A stretch of 63,350 bases of DNA, taken from Lachnospiraceae bacterium. Its GTDB lineage: Bacteria > Bacillota > Clostridia > Lachnospirales > Lachnospiraceae. How positions within the stretch are numbered: position 1 is the first letter of the stretch; each line of letters begins with the position of its first letter. The notes beneath the pieces were generated by a model. The model did not search any database. It was not told where the DNA came from and worked only from the letters and a program-made list of their open reading frames with translations. Both the position numbers and the translations under genes were made by a program. Where the stretch lies: NCBI GenBank assembly GCA_017558865.1, contig JAFYTM010000103.1, positions 1 through 63,350 of the forward strand. The letters run 5' to 3'. Shown in pieces: positions 20,002 to 28,643 of the stretch.

Positions 20002-21894
20002 TTAGATGCCAAGAGCAGCTCTCTTCTCTTCAATACGATCGATCATAGCATCGCAAAGCTTGTCGATATCGGTCTCTACAGTGTATCCTGCCTCAACCCA
20101 GTCACGAACACCTTCGGTCAGCCAGTAAGCCATCTCGGAAGAACCGCTTACATATGGATCAACTCCAAGGAAAGTATCAATACCAGTACCTACTACATAG
20201 TTACCGATAGAAACAGCTTTCTCAGACATCCACTCAGGAGCACATCCAACAACTGGAAGCTGGGAAATCTTCAGTCCGGAATCTTTTGCAAGGGTAGCTA
20301 CCAGAACCATCATACGGCTGATATCTACACAGGATCCCATGTGAAGTACTGGAGGAATGTCAGCCAGTTCACATACACGTTTCAGACCAGCACCACAGAG
20401 GTCTTTTGCTCTCTTGTCCATCAGACCAGCTTTAGCAGCTGCCTGTGCGGAACATCCAGTAGTAACGATAATGATATCGTTAGCAATCAGTTTTTTCATC
20501 AGATCAATATGAGCAGAGTCAGGACGAACCTTCGGGTTGTTACATCCAACCATAGCTACTGCACCACGGAGAACACCAGAGGTCACACACTCAAGGAGTG
20601 GTTTGGTGGTTCCAAGTACGTCAACCTGAGAGTTGGTAACACCATCAAGAACTTTTACGATTGCCTCCAGAGAGTATCCAACGGTTGCTTTCTGCTTCAT
20701 ATCCGGAATATGTACGAGCTCCGGTTTACGATTCTGGAAGTTGTCAATCGCCATCTTCACGATCTCTTTTGCTTTCTCTGCTGCGGTTCCTACGCTAAAC
20801 GGAATGTAATCGGAATCCGGCTGCTGAGCGATCGGAGAAGTGGTGATGAATTTGGTATGGAAGCATTTGCTCAGAGGTCCAAGTGCCGGGAAAATACACT
20901 GAACGTCTACTACGATTGCTTCACAAGCACCGGTTAATACTACGTTTTCCTGCTGCAGGAAGTTACCTGCCATCGGAATACCACGACGCATGGTTACTTC
21001 GTTGGAAGTACAGCATACACCGGATACGGTAATGCCTTTTGCGCCAAGGGATTTTGCATATGCGATCATCTCCGGATCATCTGCATACTCACAGATCATC
21101 TCAGAAAGACTTGGATCATGTCCATGAACAACGATGTTAACGTTTTCTGCATTCATAACACCAAGGTTAGCCTCGGTCTCAATTGGGGTAGGAGTTCCGA
21201 ACAGTACATCAGAGAACTCAGTACCACACATGGATCCGCCCCATCCATCGCCAAGACCTGCACGGATAGACTGACGTACAAGTGCTTCTGGTTTGGAAGA
21301 ACATCCCATATGGGTCATATGTAAGGAGCTTGCAACCTCACGGTCGATCGCACGCGGAGCAATCTCTGCATCCATCCACAGTTTCTGTGTATGCTCCGGC
21401 AGACGGCTCATCCAACGCTGATAACCGAATGGTTTACCATACTCCATAAGAGCCAGCTCAGCCATCTCGTGTGCCAGATCGTAGATATCTTTACCTTCGG
21501 TCTCAACGCCCCACTCCTGAGCGATTCTGATCAGCTTAGCTGGATCTTTTACTTTATATGCTCCGTCTGGAGCTGCTGCATGAAGGGTGTGGCAGATCTC
21601 ACGACCATGATCAGAGTGAGTAGCTGCTCCACCTGCAGTAAATTTCAGGTAGTTACGTCCTACGATACCATGAGCATCACATCCGCAGATACCTCTCGGT
21701 GCCTTCGGGGTAATACGGCAAGGACCCATAGAACAGATACGACAGCAGACACCCTGCTCACCAAATTTACAATGTGGTGTCTGATTTTTTACACGAAGCT
21801 GCCAGGAGTCTGCACCAACTTTGGCTCCAGTCTCAAGCAATCTGGCTGTTGCGGCTTCAAACTCTTCAACTGTTGTTAATTTAAAGTCTCCCAT
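20002..21894 (-). CDS. cooS: Anaerobic carbon monoxide dehydrogenase catalytic subunit (AcsA)
   Basis: CKFGEQGVCCRICSMGPC, HSDH, VHGHDP, CCTSNE, DVQC, GCNN, GSCVD, SEKA. Confidence 0.97.
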   Translation of the reverse strand: MGDFKLTTVEEFEAATARLLETGAKVGADSWQLRVKNQTPHCKFGEQGVCCRICSMGPCRITPKAPRGICGCDAHGIVGRNYLKFTAGGAATHSDHGREICHTLHAAAPDGAYKVKDPAKLIRIAQEWGVETEGKDIYDLAHEMAELALMEYGKPFGYQRWMSRLPEHTQKLWMDAEIAPRAIDREVASSLHMTHMGCSSKPEALVRQSIRAGLGDGWGGSMCGTEFSDVLFGTPTPIETEANLGVMNAENVNIVVHGHDPSLSEMICEYADDPEMIAYAKSLGAKGITVSGVCCTSNEVTMRRGIPMAGNFLQQENVVLTGACEAIVVDVQCIFPALGPLSKCFHTKFITTSPIAQQPDSDYIPFSVGTAAEKAKEIVKMAIDNFQNRKPELVHIPDMKQKATVGYSLEAIVKVLDGVTNSQVDVLGTTKPLLECVTSGVLRGAVAMVGCNNPKVRPDSAHIDLMKKLIANDIIIVTTGCSAQAAAKAGLMDKRAKDLCGAGLKRVCELADIPPVLHMGSCVDISRMMVLVATLAKDSGLKISQLPVVGCAPEWMSEKAVSIGNYVVGTGIDTFLGVDPYVSGSSEMAYWLTEGVRDWVEAGYTVETDIDKLCDAMIDRIEEKRAALGI

Positions 21895-21920
21895 ATAAAT
21901 CTCCTTTAACGCAGCCGGAA

Positions 21921-22691
21921 TTATAATTCCAGGCTGTCCATAATCTTGTATAATGCGAGTCTGACAGGATTATCTGCCGGAAGTGAAGTTGTAGGCGTTC
22001 CGGCACTGTCATATTCATATACGCCTTCATCCTGTGGAATAACTCCCAGGAGTGTCAGTTCCTGCTTCCGAATCTCTTCCTGAACACCTTCATTCAGGAC
22101 ACCTCCCGGTGCACGATTCACAATCAGACCGACTTTCTTTGGTTTCAGTCCGCATTCCGGGATCAGGCGGGCAATACGTCCTACTGCCTGGATTCCTCTG
22201 CGGGAACAGTCGCTCACAAGAATGATCGTATCAATACCTGGCAGGACACCGCGGCTGATATGCTCCATACCCGCCTCATTATCTACTACCACATATTTAT
22301 AATGCTGTGAACGTTTTGTAACCTGAGCTGACAATAAACCATTAACGAAACAATAACAACCTTTTCCTTGAGTATGTCCCATAACCAGCAGATCATAATC
22401 ATCATCCTCTACCAGAGCGGAATCAAATTTGAATTCTGCGTAATCCTGTTTTGACATACCAGTTGGGATCGGACTTTTCACAGCAAGCTCAGCTCTTGCA
22501 ATCTCCTCACGGATATCACCAAGCGTCATATCCACTTCCACTCCAAGAACTTCGTTCAGATTGGAATTGGCATCTGCATCCACTGCAAGAATCGGTCCTC
22601 CCTTTCTGTCAGCTAAATATTGTATCAGCATGCCGGTCAATGTAGTCTTTCCCACACCGCCCTTGCCTGCTACTGCAATTGTATGCGGCAT
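21921..22691 (-). CDS. cooC: Second CooC/AcsF nickel-insertion ATPase
   Basis: GKGGVGKT, DADANSNL, GCYCFVN, DNEAGMEHISRG. Start moved to ATG 22691. Confidence 0.92.
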   Translation of the reverse strand: MPHTIAVAGKGGVGKTTLTGMLIQYLADRKGGPILAVDADANSNLNEVLGVEVDMTLGDIREEIARAELAVKSPIPTGMSKQDYAEFKFDSALVEDDDYDLLVMGHTQGKGCYCFVNGLLSAQVTKRSQHYKYVVVDNEAGMEHISRGVLPGIDTIILVSDCSRRGIQAVGRIARLIPECGLKPKKVGLIVNRAPGGVLNEGVQEEIRKQELTLLGVIPQDEGVYEYDSAGTPTTSLPADNPVRLALYKIMDSLEL

Positions 22692-22769
22692 ATTGTCATC
22701 TCCTAAATTTAAATTTGTATTACTTATACCGGGGTACAATATCATGAACTATCCATCATCCTGGCTAAG

Positions 22770-22814
22770 TCAGTCTGTATGTTCAAGTATGTTCAGAAGG
22801 ATACGACAGTTCAC
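22770..22814 (-). CDS. Possible 14-aa peptide MNCRILLNILEHTD
   Basis: Perfect AAGGAGGTG Shine-Dalgarno ahead of GTG 22814, stop TGA at 22770-22772; embedded in a long stem-loop. Confidence 0.35.
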   Translation of the reverse strand: MNCRILLNILEHTD

Positions 22815-22868
22815 CAACAAACACCTCCTTCTCGATCTTTCTTGACAGCACCCTGTATAGAATAATCT

Positions 22869-23060
22869 TTACTCTGCACAGTTGATTTTTACAACTGCAT
22901 TTCCAAGATCAACCATGGATATAGAACCTTCCACGATAATCTCATCTCCCATGATGTCACGGACACGAATCGTCGTACCTTCTACATCAATACGGGTCGC
23001 ATTCCGAATCAGAACGCTTTCTGTTTCCTGTTTTTTACCATAAACGGTAGCAAGGCACAT
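22869..23060 (-). CDS. cooT: CooT family nickel-binding protein
   Basis: 63 aa beginning MCLATVY (Cys2), with the DIMGDE...G.I..VDL pattern. Confidence 0.88.
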   Translation of the reverse strand: MCLATVYGKKQETESVLIRNATRIDVEGTTIRVRDIMGDEIIVEGSISMVDLGNAVVKINCAE

Positions 23061-23072
23061 GATCTCTACCTC

Positions 23073-23576
23073 CTACTGCACTAAAGAAAGTGCGATGGAT
23101 AATCTCATATTACCCTTTTCAAAATCTTCTACAGCTTTCTCAATCTGTACTGCGGAATCATCTTTTCCCTGCGTTCTTAATTTCTTCGCAATGGCAACCA
23201 GCTCCTGTGCGTGATGTTTATTATGATCAAGCATATATGCCAGAATTGCAGCATCTTCATTTGCCGGATGGTCATGTCCGCATCCACAATGTTCATGCGT
23301 ATGTCCATGACTGTGATCATGTCCGCATCCGCAGTCGCAGTGCTCATGGTTATGATCACCATGCTCATGACCTACATGATCATGTGTATGCTCGTGCTCA
23401 TGTCCATGCTCATGGCTGTGAGAATGTGCGTGCTCATGACTGTGTGCATGGCTGTGAGTCATATCTCCGTGAGTATGTTCATGAACATGCTCGTGATGAT
23501 GCTCATGGGTATGCTCATGTCCACCGCAGCCACAACCGCAATGGCTATGCTCTTCGTTTGTTACGTGCATCGGCAA
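23073..23576 (-). CDS. His/Cys-rich metal (probably nickel) storage or chaperone protein
   Basis: 40 His and 8 Cys (CGCGC, CDCGC, CGC) in the first ~103 aa; helical C-terminus with YMLDHNKHHAQEL; first gene of the CODH/ACS operon. Confidence 0.8.
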   Translation of the reverse strand: MPMHVTNEEHSHCGCGCGGHEHTHEHHHEHVHEHTHGDMTHSHAHSHEHAHSHSHEHGHEHEHTHDHVGHEHGDHNHEHCDCGCGHDHSHGHTHEHCGCGHDHPANEDAAILAYMLDHNKHHAQELVAIAKKLRTQGKDDSAVQIEKAVEDFEKGNMRLSIALSLVQ

Positions 23577-23619
23577 AACCTCCTTTCAACAACAAAAGCT
23601 ACACCGAAAACACTTCGGT

Positions 23620-23677
23620 GTGTTAATTTTTTGACATTCTTATATTATATTATACCCCATGGGGGGATTTTTATCAA
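23620..23677 (-). promoter_or_regulatory. Sigma70 promoter of the CODH/ACS operon with a downstream Rex-like box
   Basis: TTGATA (23672-23677), 17 nt, TATAAT (23649-23654); GTGTTAA-TTTT-TTGACAT at 23620-23637. Confidence 0.7.
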
Positions 23678-23710
23678 GCTATTTCTATATATTTTCAACA
23701 AAAACAGTGT

Positions 23711-23757
23711 CAAAATAATAGCCAGGCCTGAAAATTTGCCCACGCCCGGCTATTATT
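23711..23757 (-). terminator. Terminator after metF
   Basis: AATAATAGCC...GGCTATTATT inverted repeat ending in a T-rich tract. Confidence 0.7.
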
Positions 23758-23774
23758 CGACAATTTACTAATAA

Positions 23775-24653
23775 TTAAATTTCAGCCAGTTTCAGAAGAT
23801 CCGGTACTTTGGACTCCCAGCCAAGTGCCATAATATGTACACCCTGGCAATACGGCTTACACTCTTTAATGATACGTGCAGCGATTTCTACGCCAGTAAT
23901 ACCAGCTTTGGTCTTTTCTTTATCTGCAGCCAATTCTGCGATCATCTCATCCGGAACATGGATACCTGCTACGTTATTGTTCATGTATTTAGCCATTCCA
24001 ACAGATTTCGGAATTACGATTCCAAGCTGAACCGGTTTGCCGAACTGTTTTGCTTTTTCCATAAACTCAATAAATTTCTCCGGCTCATAAACAGCCTGAG
24101 TCTGGAAATAATCAGCACCTGCCATCACTTTGCGCTCCATCTTTGCAAGCTGTGCATCAACAGAATCGCTGCAAGGAGATACAACTGCACCCTTTGCAAA
24201 TTTAGGCGGCTCACCTACCAGCTGATTTCCTCCAAGATCCACGCCCTCTTCCAGCTGTTTTACAGTATGAAGCAGAGAAACGGAATCCAGATCAAATACC
24301 GGTTTCGCCTGCGGATGGTCACCCATCTTGGTATGATCGCCAGTCAGACAGAGAATATTGTCAATACCCAGCATTGCTGCACTCAACAGATCAGACTGCA
24401 GAGCAATACGGTTTCTGTCACGACAGGTCAATTGGAAGATTGGGGTCAGTCCCTCATCTTTCAGTGCTTTACAGGTTGCCAGAGAACCAAGACGCATAAC
24501 AGAAGACTGGTTATCTGTTACATTAACTGCCGTAATGCCGCTCAGATAAGTCTTTGCCTCTTCCAGCAAATGCTCAATATGAATTCCTTTTGGCGGTCCT
24601 ACTTCTGCAGAAACCACAAATTCACCACGTTCAAATAACTCAGTTATTTTCAT
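23775..24653 (-). CDS. metF: Methylenetetrahydrofolate reductase catalytic subunit
   Basis: EVGPPKG, NVTDNQS, QLTCRDRNRIALQSDL, LTGDH, FQTQ. Confidence 0.95.
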   Translation of the reverse strand: MKITELFERGEFVVSAEVGPPKGIHIEHLLEEAKTYLSGITAVNVTDNQSSVMRLGSLATCKALKDEGLTPIFQLTCRDRNRIALQSDLLSAAMLGIDNILCLTGDHTKMGDHPQAKPVFDLDSVSLLHTVKQLEEGVDLGGNQLVGEPPKFAKGAVVSPCSDSVDAQLAKMERKVMAGADYFQTQAVYEPEKFIEFMEKAKQFGKPVQLGIVIPKSVGMAKYMNNNVAGIHVPDEMIAELAADKEKTKAGITGVEIAARIIKECKPYCQGVHIMALGWESKVPDLLKLAEI

Positions 24654-24692
24654 TATCGATTACTCCAATCATTATAAATTTTAACGGTTTTC

Positions 24693-25316
24693 CTATTTAG
24701 ACACTTCATCATCCGTCGCATAATTGCGTACCTGTACCGGACATTTCATAATATCCAGACGTCCAATCTGCGCAAGGCGTCTGTAAATACGCTCCCAGCC
24801 ACACTCCATGTTGCTGTCTACTTCGCATTTACCATTCTTGGAACCACCGCACTGTCCGTTCACAAGACTCTTGGAACATGCAGTCAAAGGACAGATTCCG
24901 CCGGTCAGGTTCAGGTAACACTCACCACACTGCTGGCAGTCATACTCCAGAGGAGTAACACCCTGTCCGCCTGGCAGATGATATGTATCACATGCTGCAC
25001 ATACGATCTTGTCTTCCAGAATCTCAGCGAGAGTCTGTACACCAACGCCGCAGGAGAATACGAGAACTACATCAGCAGCCTCAATCTTGTCCATATATTT
25101 CTGGAGACGCAGCTTTGTGTTTTCAGGATTACAGATGTAATCTCTTGTCATAATACCGGTCACATTACCGGCAGCCATCATTTCCTTCTGAAGCTCATCT
25201 GCTTCTTTTTCCGGAAAATGGACTTCTTTGCATCCATGACAGTTAATGATAAATACTTTCTTGCCGTCCACAAGTGATGCGATAGTCTCTTTAGATTTTA
25301 ACTGAGTAATCAACAT
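24693..25316 (-). CDS. metV: MTHFR small Fe-S subunit
   Basis: SCGVGVQ, CQQCGECYLNLTGGICPLTACSKSLVNGQCGG...CEV...CGW. Confidence 0.92.
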   Translation of the reverse strand: MLITQLKSKETIASLVDGKKVFIINCHGCKEVHFPEKEADELQKEMMAAGNVTGIMTRDYICNPENTKLRLQKYMDKIEAADVVLVFSCGVGVQTLAEILEDKIVCAACDTYHLPGGQGVTPLEYDCQQCGECYLNLTGGICPLTACSKSLVNGQCGGSKNGKCEVDSNMECGWERIYRRLAQIGRLDIMKCPVQVRNYATDDEVSK

Positions 25317-25317
25317 A

Positions 25318-27282
25318 TTACTTCATCCCCCTTATCGCATTTTTTCCGGCTTTGATCTTGTCAACGATCGGAATCTTGGAAGAACAGATAAACTGACAGC
25401 ATCTGCATTCAACACAGTCCATAACATTCTTCTCTTTCATGCCCAGCCAGTCTTCCTGATCTGCAAGTTTTGCAAAATACAGAGGAGAAAGTTCCATTGG
25501 ACATACATCAACACAGCGACCGCACTTGATACAGTCAACAGCAACAGTCTCATCAGGCTCGACAGCAATGATACCATTGGATCCCTTCATCATAGGTACA
25601 TTCAAATCATTCAGTGGGAATCCCATCATAGGACCGCCCATCTTAACAAGAACATCATCACTGGTGATTCCGCCGCAGTAATCAATCAGATCCTGTACAT
25701 TGGTACCGATCTTAACAAGGAAGTTGCCCGGATTCTTAACAAATGGTCCAGTAATGGTAGCAACACGCTCAATCAGCGGCATACCCTTCTGGATTGCATC
25801 TGAGATTGCTTTTACTGTGCTGACATTACTTACAACACAGCCTACATCTGCCGGAAGCGCACCGCTCGGTACGATTCTGCCAGTCACACGTTTGATGAGA
25901 GTTTTCTCAGCACCCTGTGGGTATTTTGTTCTTGCCACAAACACATCAATGTTCTCAACATCAGCAACTTTCGCTTTCAAAAGCTCAATTGCGTCCGGTT
26001 TATTATCTTCAATGACAATAAGTCCTTTTTCAGCTCCGGTCGTCTTAAGGATTGCCTTCAGACCGTATACGATATCATCTGCAAACGCAAGAAGCACTCT
26101 GTGGTCTGCAGTCAGCATTGGTTCACACTCACATGCATTGATAAGAATCGTATCTACCGGTTTCGCTGGTTTTAATTTTACACAGGTTGGGAAACCTGCT
26201 CCACCCATTCCAACGATACCTGCACCCTTGATGATCTCAATGATCTCTTCCGGAGTAAGCTCGTCTAATGGTTTGTTCGGCTGTACGGATTCGTGCAGAG
26301 TATTCTTTCCGTCAGACTCAATAACGACTGCTTCCATTGCGCAGCCTCTGGTTCCATGCATACGCGGTTCAACAGCAACTACGGTACCACTTACGCTGGA
26401 GTGAACCGGTGCACTGATAAATCCTGCTGCCTCACCGATCACCTGTCCAACTTTAACAGTGTCACCAACCTTTACAATCGGAGTGGCCGGTGCACCCAGG
26501 TGCTGGGACATCTGAATTACAACAGTCTTTGGCTCTGGGAATTTTACCAGATCAATATGCTCACTGTACTCTTTGTGCTCTGATGGATGAACACCGCCGT
26601 AGTAGCCTGCAAATCTTTCCTCGCGGACAGCCTTTACATAATCACTGATCACTTTGAAGTTAACCTTTGAATAATCACGTACCTGGATCGGCTGTTTCTT
26701 GAATTCCTCAAGACGTCCCTGTTTCTCCAGCTTTTTGTTAATCTTCTCCCATGCACAGTCTTTGTTCGGATCTACTTCACATTTGCCATTCTTTGCACCG
26801 CCGCACTGTCCGTTTACCAGACTCTTGGAACAGTCAACGATCGGACAGATTCCTCCGGTAACATTCAGGTAACACTGTGCACATGCGTCACAGCTCTTCT
26901 TTGTCAGTGCCATTCCATGATGACCAGTATAGTTCAGAGAATTAGCAGCTGCAAATATAGGCTTTCCAGCCAGATCTGCAACCGTCTGAACACCCAGTCC
27001 ACAGGAGATCACAACTACATTCTCTGTTCCTTCCGGAATCATGCCCTGTAATTTCTTCTCAGTCTGAACTTTGTTACATACAAAATCAATTTTCGCACTG
27101 CCTGTGACGGTCTTTCCTAATTCTGCAGCGAGCTTCTCAAATTCGCCGCAATCTGGTTCGTCAATGGTATCAAATTCCTTGAAGCACTTGTTACAAGCAA
27201 CGATGAACAGGTTGTCTTTGTCCGACAGTAATGACACCAGTTCGTCGCGCCCTTTCAGCTTAAACTTGGTATAGTTCTCCAA
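25318..27282 (-). CDS. rnfC: RnfC2: N-terminal MetV-like domain fused to an RnfC NADH/FMN/Fe-S module
   Basis: First ~210 aa parallel MetV. Then GGVHP, GIVGMGGAGFPT, NACECEP, KYPQGAEK, CIKCGRCVDVCP, CVECRCCQFIC. Confidence 0.9.
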   Translation of the reverse strand: MENYTKFKLKGRDELVSLLSDKDNLFIVACNKCFKEFDTIDEPDCGEFEKLAAELGKTVTGSAKIDFVCNKVQTEKKLQGMIPEGTENVVVISCGLGVQTVADLAGKPIFAAANSLNYTGHHGMALTKKSCDACAQCYLNVTGGICPIVDCSKSLVNGQCGGAKNGKCEVDPNKDCAWEKINKKLEKQGRLEEFKKQPIQVRDYSKVNFKVISDYVKAVREERFAGYYGGVHPSEHKEYSEHIDLVKFPEPKTVVIQMSQHLGAPATPIVKVGDTVKVGQVIGEAAGFISAPVHSSVSGTVVAVEPRMHGTRGCAMEAVVIESDGKNTLHESVQPNKPLDELTPEEIIEIIKGAGIVGMGGAGFPTCVKLKPAKPVDTILINACECEPMLTADHRVLLAFADDIVYGLKAILKTTGAEKGLIVIEDNKPDAIELLKAKVADVENIDVFVARTKYPQGAEKTLIKRVTGRIVPSGALPADVGCVVSNVSTVKAISDAIQKGMPLIERVATITGPFVKNPGNFLVKIGTNVQDLIDYCGGITSDDVLVKMGGPMMGFPLNDLNVPMMKGSNGIIAVEPDETVAVDCIKCGRCVDVCPMELSPLYFAKLADQEDWLGMKEKNVMDCVECRCCQFICSSKIPIVDKIKAGKNAIRGMK

Positions 27283-27493
27283 TTGCTCACCTTCCTTATT
27301 AAATTGATTTATAAACCCTATGTGTATCTGTTCAGTCCGTTTTTAATCTCTGCACCCAATAAAAACTAAAGATAGACAGATACCTTAAGTCTACAATTTA
27401 CACACAATACAGTATAACATATAATACATGAATCTTCCAGTCCAAAACCGATTTTTTTATACAAATTATACTACATGATGTACGAATTTTTAC

Positions 27494-27521
27494 AAAAATC
27501 CCGAACCAAAAAGTCCGGGAT
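27494..27521 (-). terminator. Terminator at the end of the CIS operon
   Basis: ATCCCGGAC-6 nt-GTTCGGGAT followed by TTTT on the minus strand, just after the 27527 stop. Confidence 0.7.
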
Positions 27522-27526
27522 CATTT

Positions 27527-28618
27527 TTAACCTAATATATAATTTCCGCCCAAAACAAATCCATCCGTTCCGGCTGTCACAGGCACTGACAGGCAACTGT
27601 TCTTATCAAGATAACAATGAGTGTCCATGTGACTGCTTTTTTTCAGCAGAACCACCTTACACTGCATTCCCAAAGGCGTATAACCCTCCAAAAAACGAAC
27701 AAGCCATTCTCTGGATACTTCTTTTCCAGGAGTCGACATATCAAGGATGACTGTAAATGTATCTTCGTTTCTTCCAAACAGACACTCATAGTTTTCAACC
27801 AGCCCGGAATTTCCTGCCATCCAGTCATGCCATTTGAAATATTCTACAATCACCGCATCCCGCCCAGTCATCAGATGAATCATCTGCTGCATCACACAGC
27901 TGGTTCCTCTTCCGCTCTGGATCTTTTGTAAATGTCGGAGCAGATAACGCATCTGCGCTGGAGAATATTTCTGTCCAGCTGCCCAGTTACCCGTCCATTG
28001 TGCAAACACAGGAAGATTTTTTTCTGGTGCAGTCTCATAATCCAAATCATCAGGGATATGATCCACCTGTTTTTCCAGGTCTTCATAAAGACTTTGCAGA
28101 ACTGCCATATAACGCTCAAAAAAATCGTTCCTTGCCCCATGATAGATTTCCGGGAGATACTCTGCAAAGCTTCCATAAGGGAACTCCACCCGGAATCCTT
28201 CTATCGTAAACCGGCTGTCCGTACGGGAACCGGATACCCCAATGAACACCCACAGATATCTTCCCTGCAGTTCATGAAGAAGCATATCGCTTGTATTCAC
28301 TTTCCGAATATGAGTATATTCCTTTAAAAGAGCAAGCTGCTTAGCGGGTGTACAAGCCTCCGCTTCCAGAAGATCTCTCAAATCCACGTTGGTTGCAGCT
28401 GCAATAATCTCATATTTGCAGTTTGAAAAACTTCCTTCCAGACACAATCTGTGCCAGGTTCCATTATAATCCGCTGAATCAAACACAGGTGCCAGATAGG
28501 AAAAATATCCTCCGCCAGTACCAAGCAGTCGGTAATCCTCCGAAAGTTCCATCCGGTGTCTTCTTCCTTCTGCAAGAGTAAGCCGATAAAAATTCACTTT
28601 TTTTCCAGATTCCACCAT
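27527..28618 (-). CDS. Baseplate wedge protein (phage tail protein P2 gpI-like)
   Basis: YLPEIY...FFERYMAV...LDYETAP...FAQWTG...RGT pattern; follows two baseplate J genes. Confidence 0.78.
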   Translation of the reverse strand: MVESGKKVNFYRLTLAEGRRHRMELSEDYRLLGTGGGYFSYLAPVFDSADYNGTWHRLCLEGSFSNCKYEIIAAATNVDLRDLLEAEACTPAKQLALLKEYTHIRKVNTSDMLLHELQGRYLWVFIGVSGSRTDSRFTIEGFRVEFPYGSFAEYLPEIYHGARNDFFERYMAVLQSLYEDLEKQVDHIPDDLDYETAPEKNLPVFAQWTGNWAAGQKYSPAQMRYLLRHLQKIQSGRGTSCVMQQMIHLMTGRDAVIVEYFKWHDWMAGNSGLVENYECLFGRNEDTFTVILDMSTPGKEVSREWLVRFLEGYTPLGMQCKVVLLKKSSHMDTHCYLDKNSCLSVPVTAGTDGFVLGGNYILG

Positions 28619-28643
28619 GGCGGTGCACCTCCTTTATTTCCTG

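Noticed and set aside
20002-21894. Internal UGA read-through as in some Clostridium acsA genes
   Set aside because: The ORF is uninterrupted for 630 aa.
22745-22860. NiCo (czcD) riboswitch between cooT and cooC
   Set aside because: The context is attractive, but I could not find the conserved four-way-junction sequence elements. An Rfam/Infernal scan would settle it.
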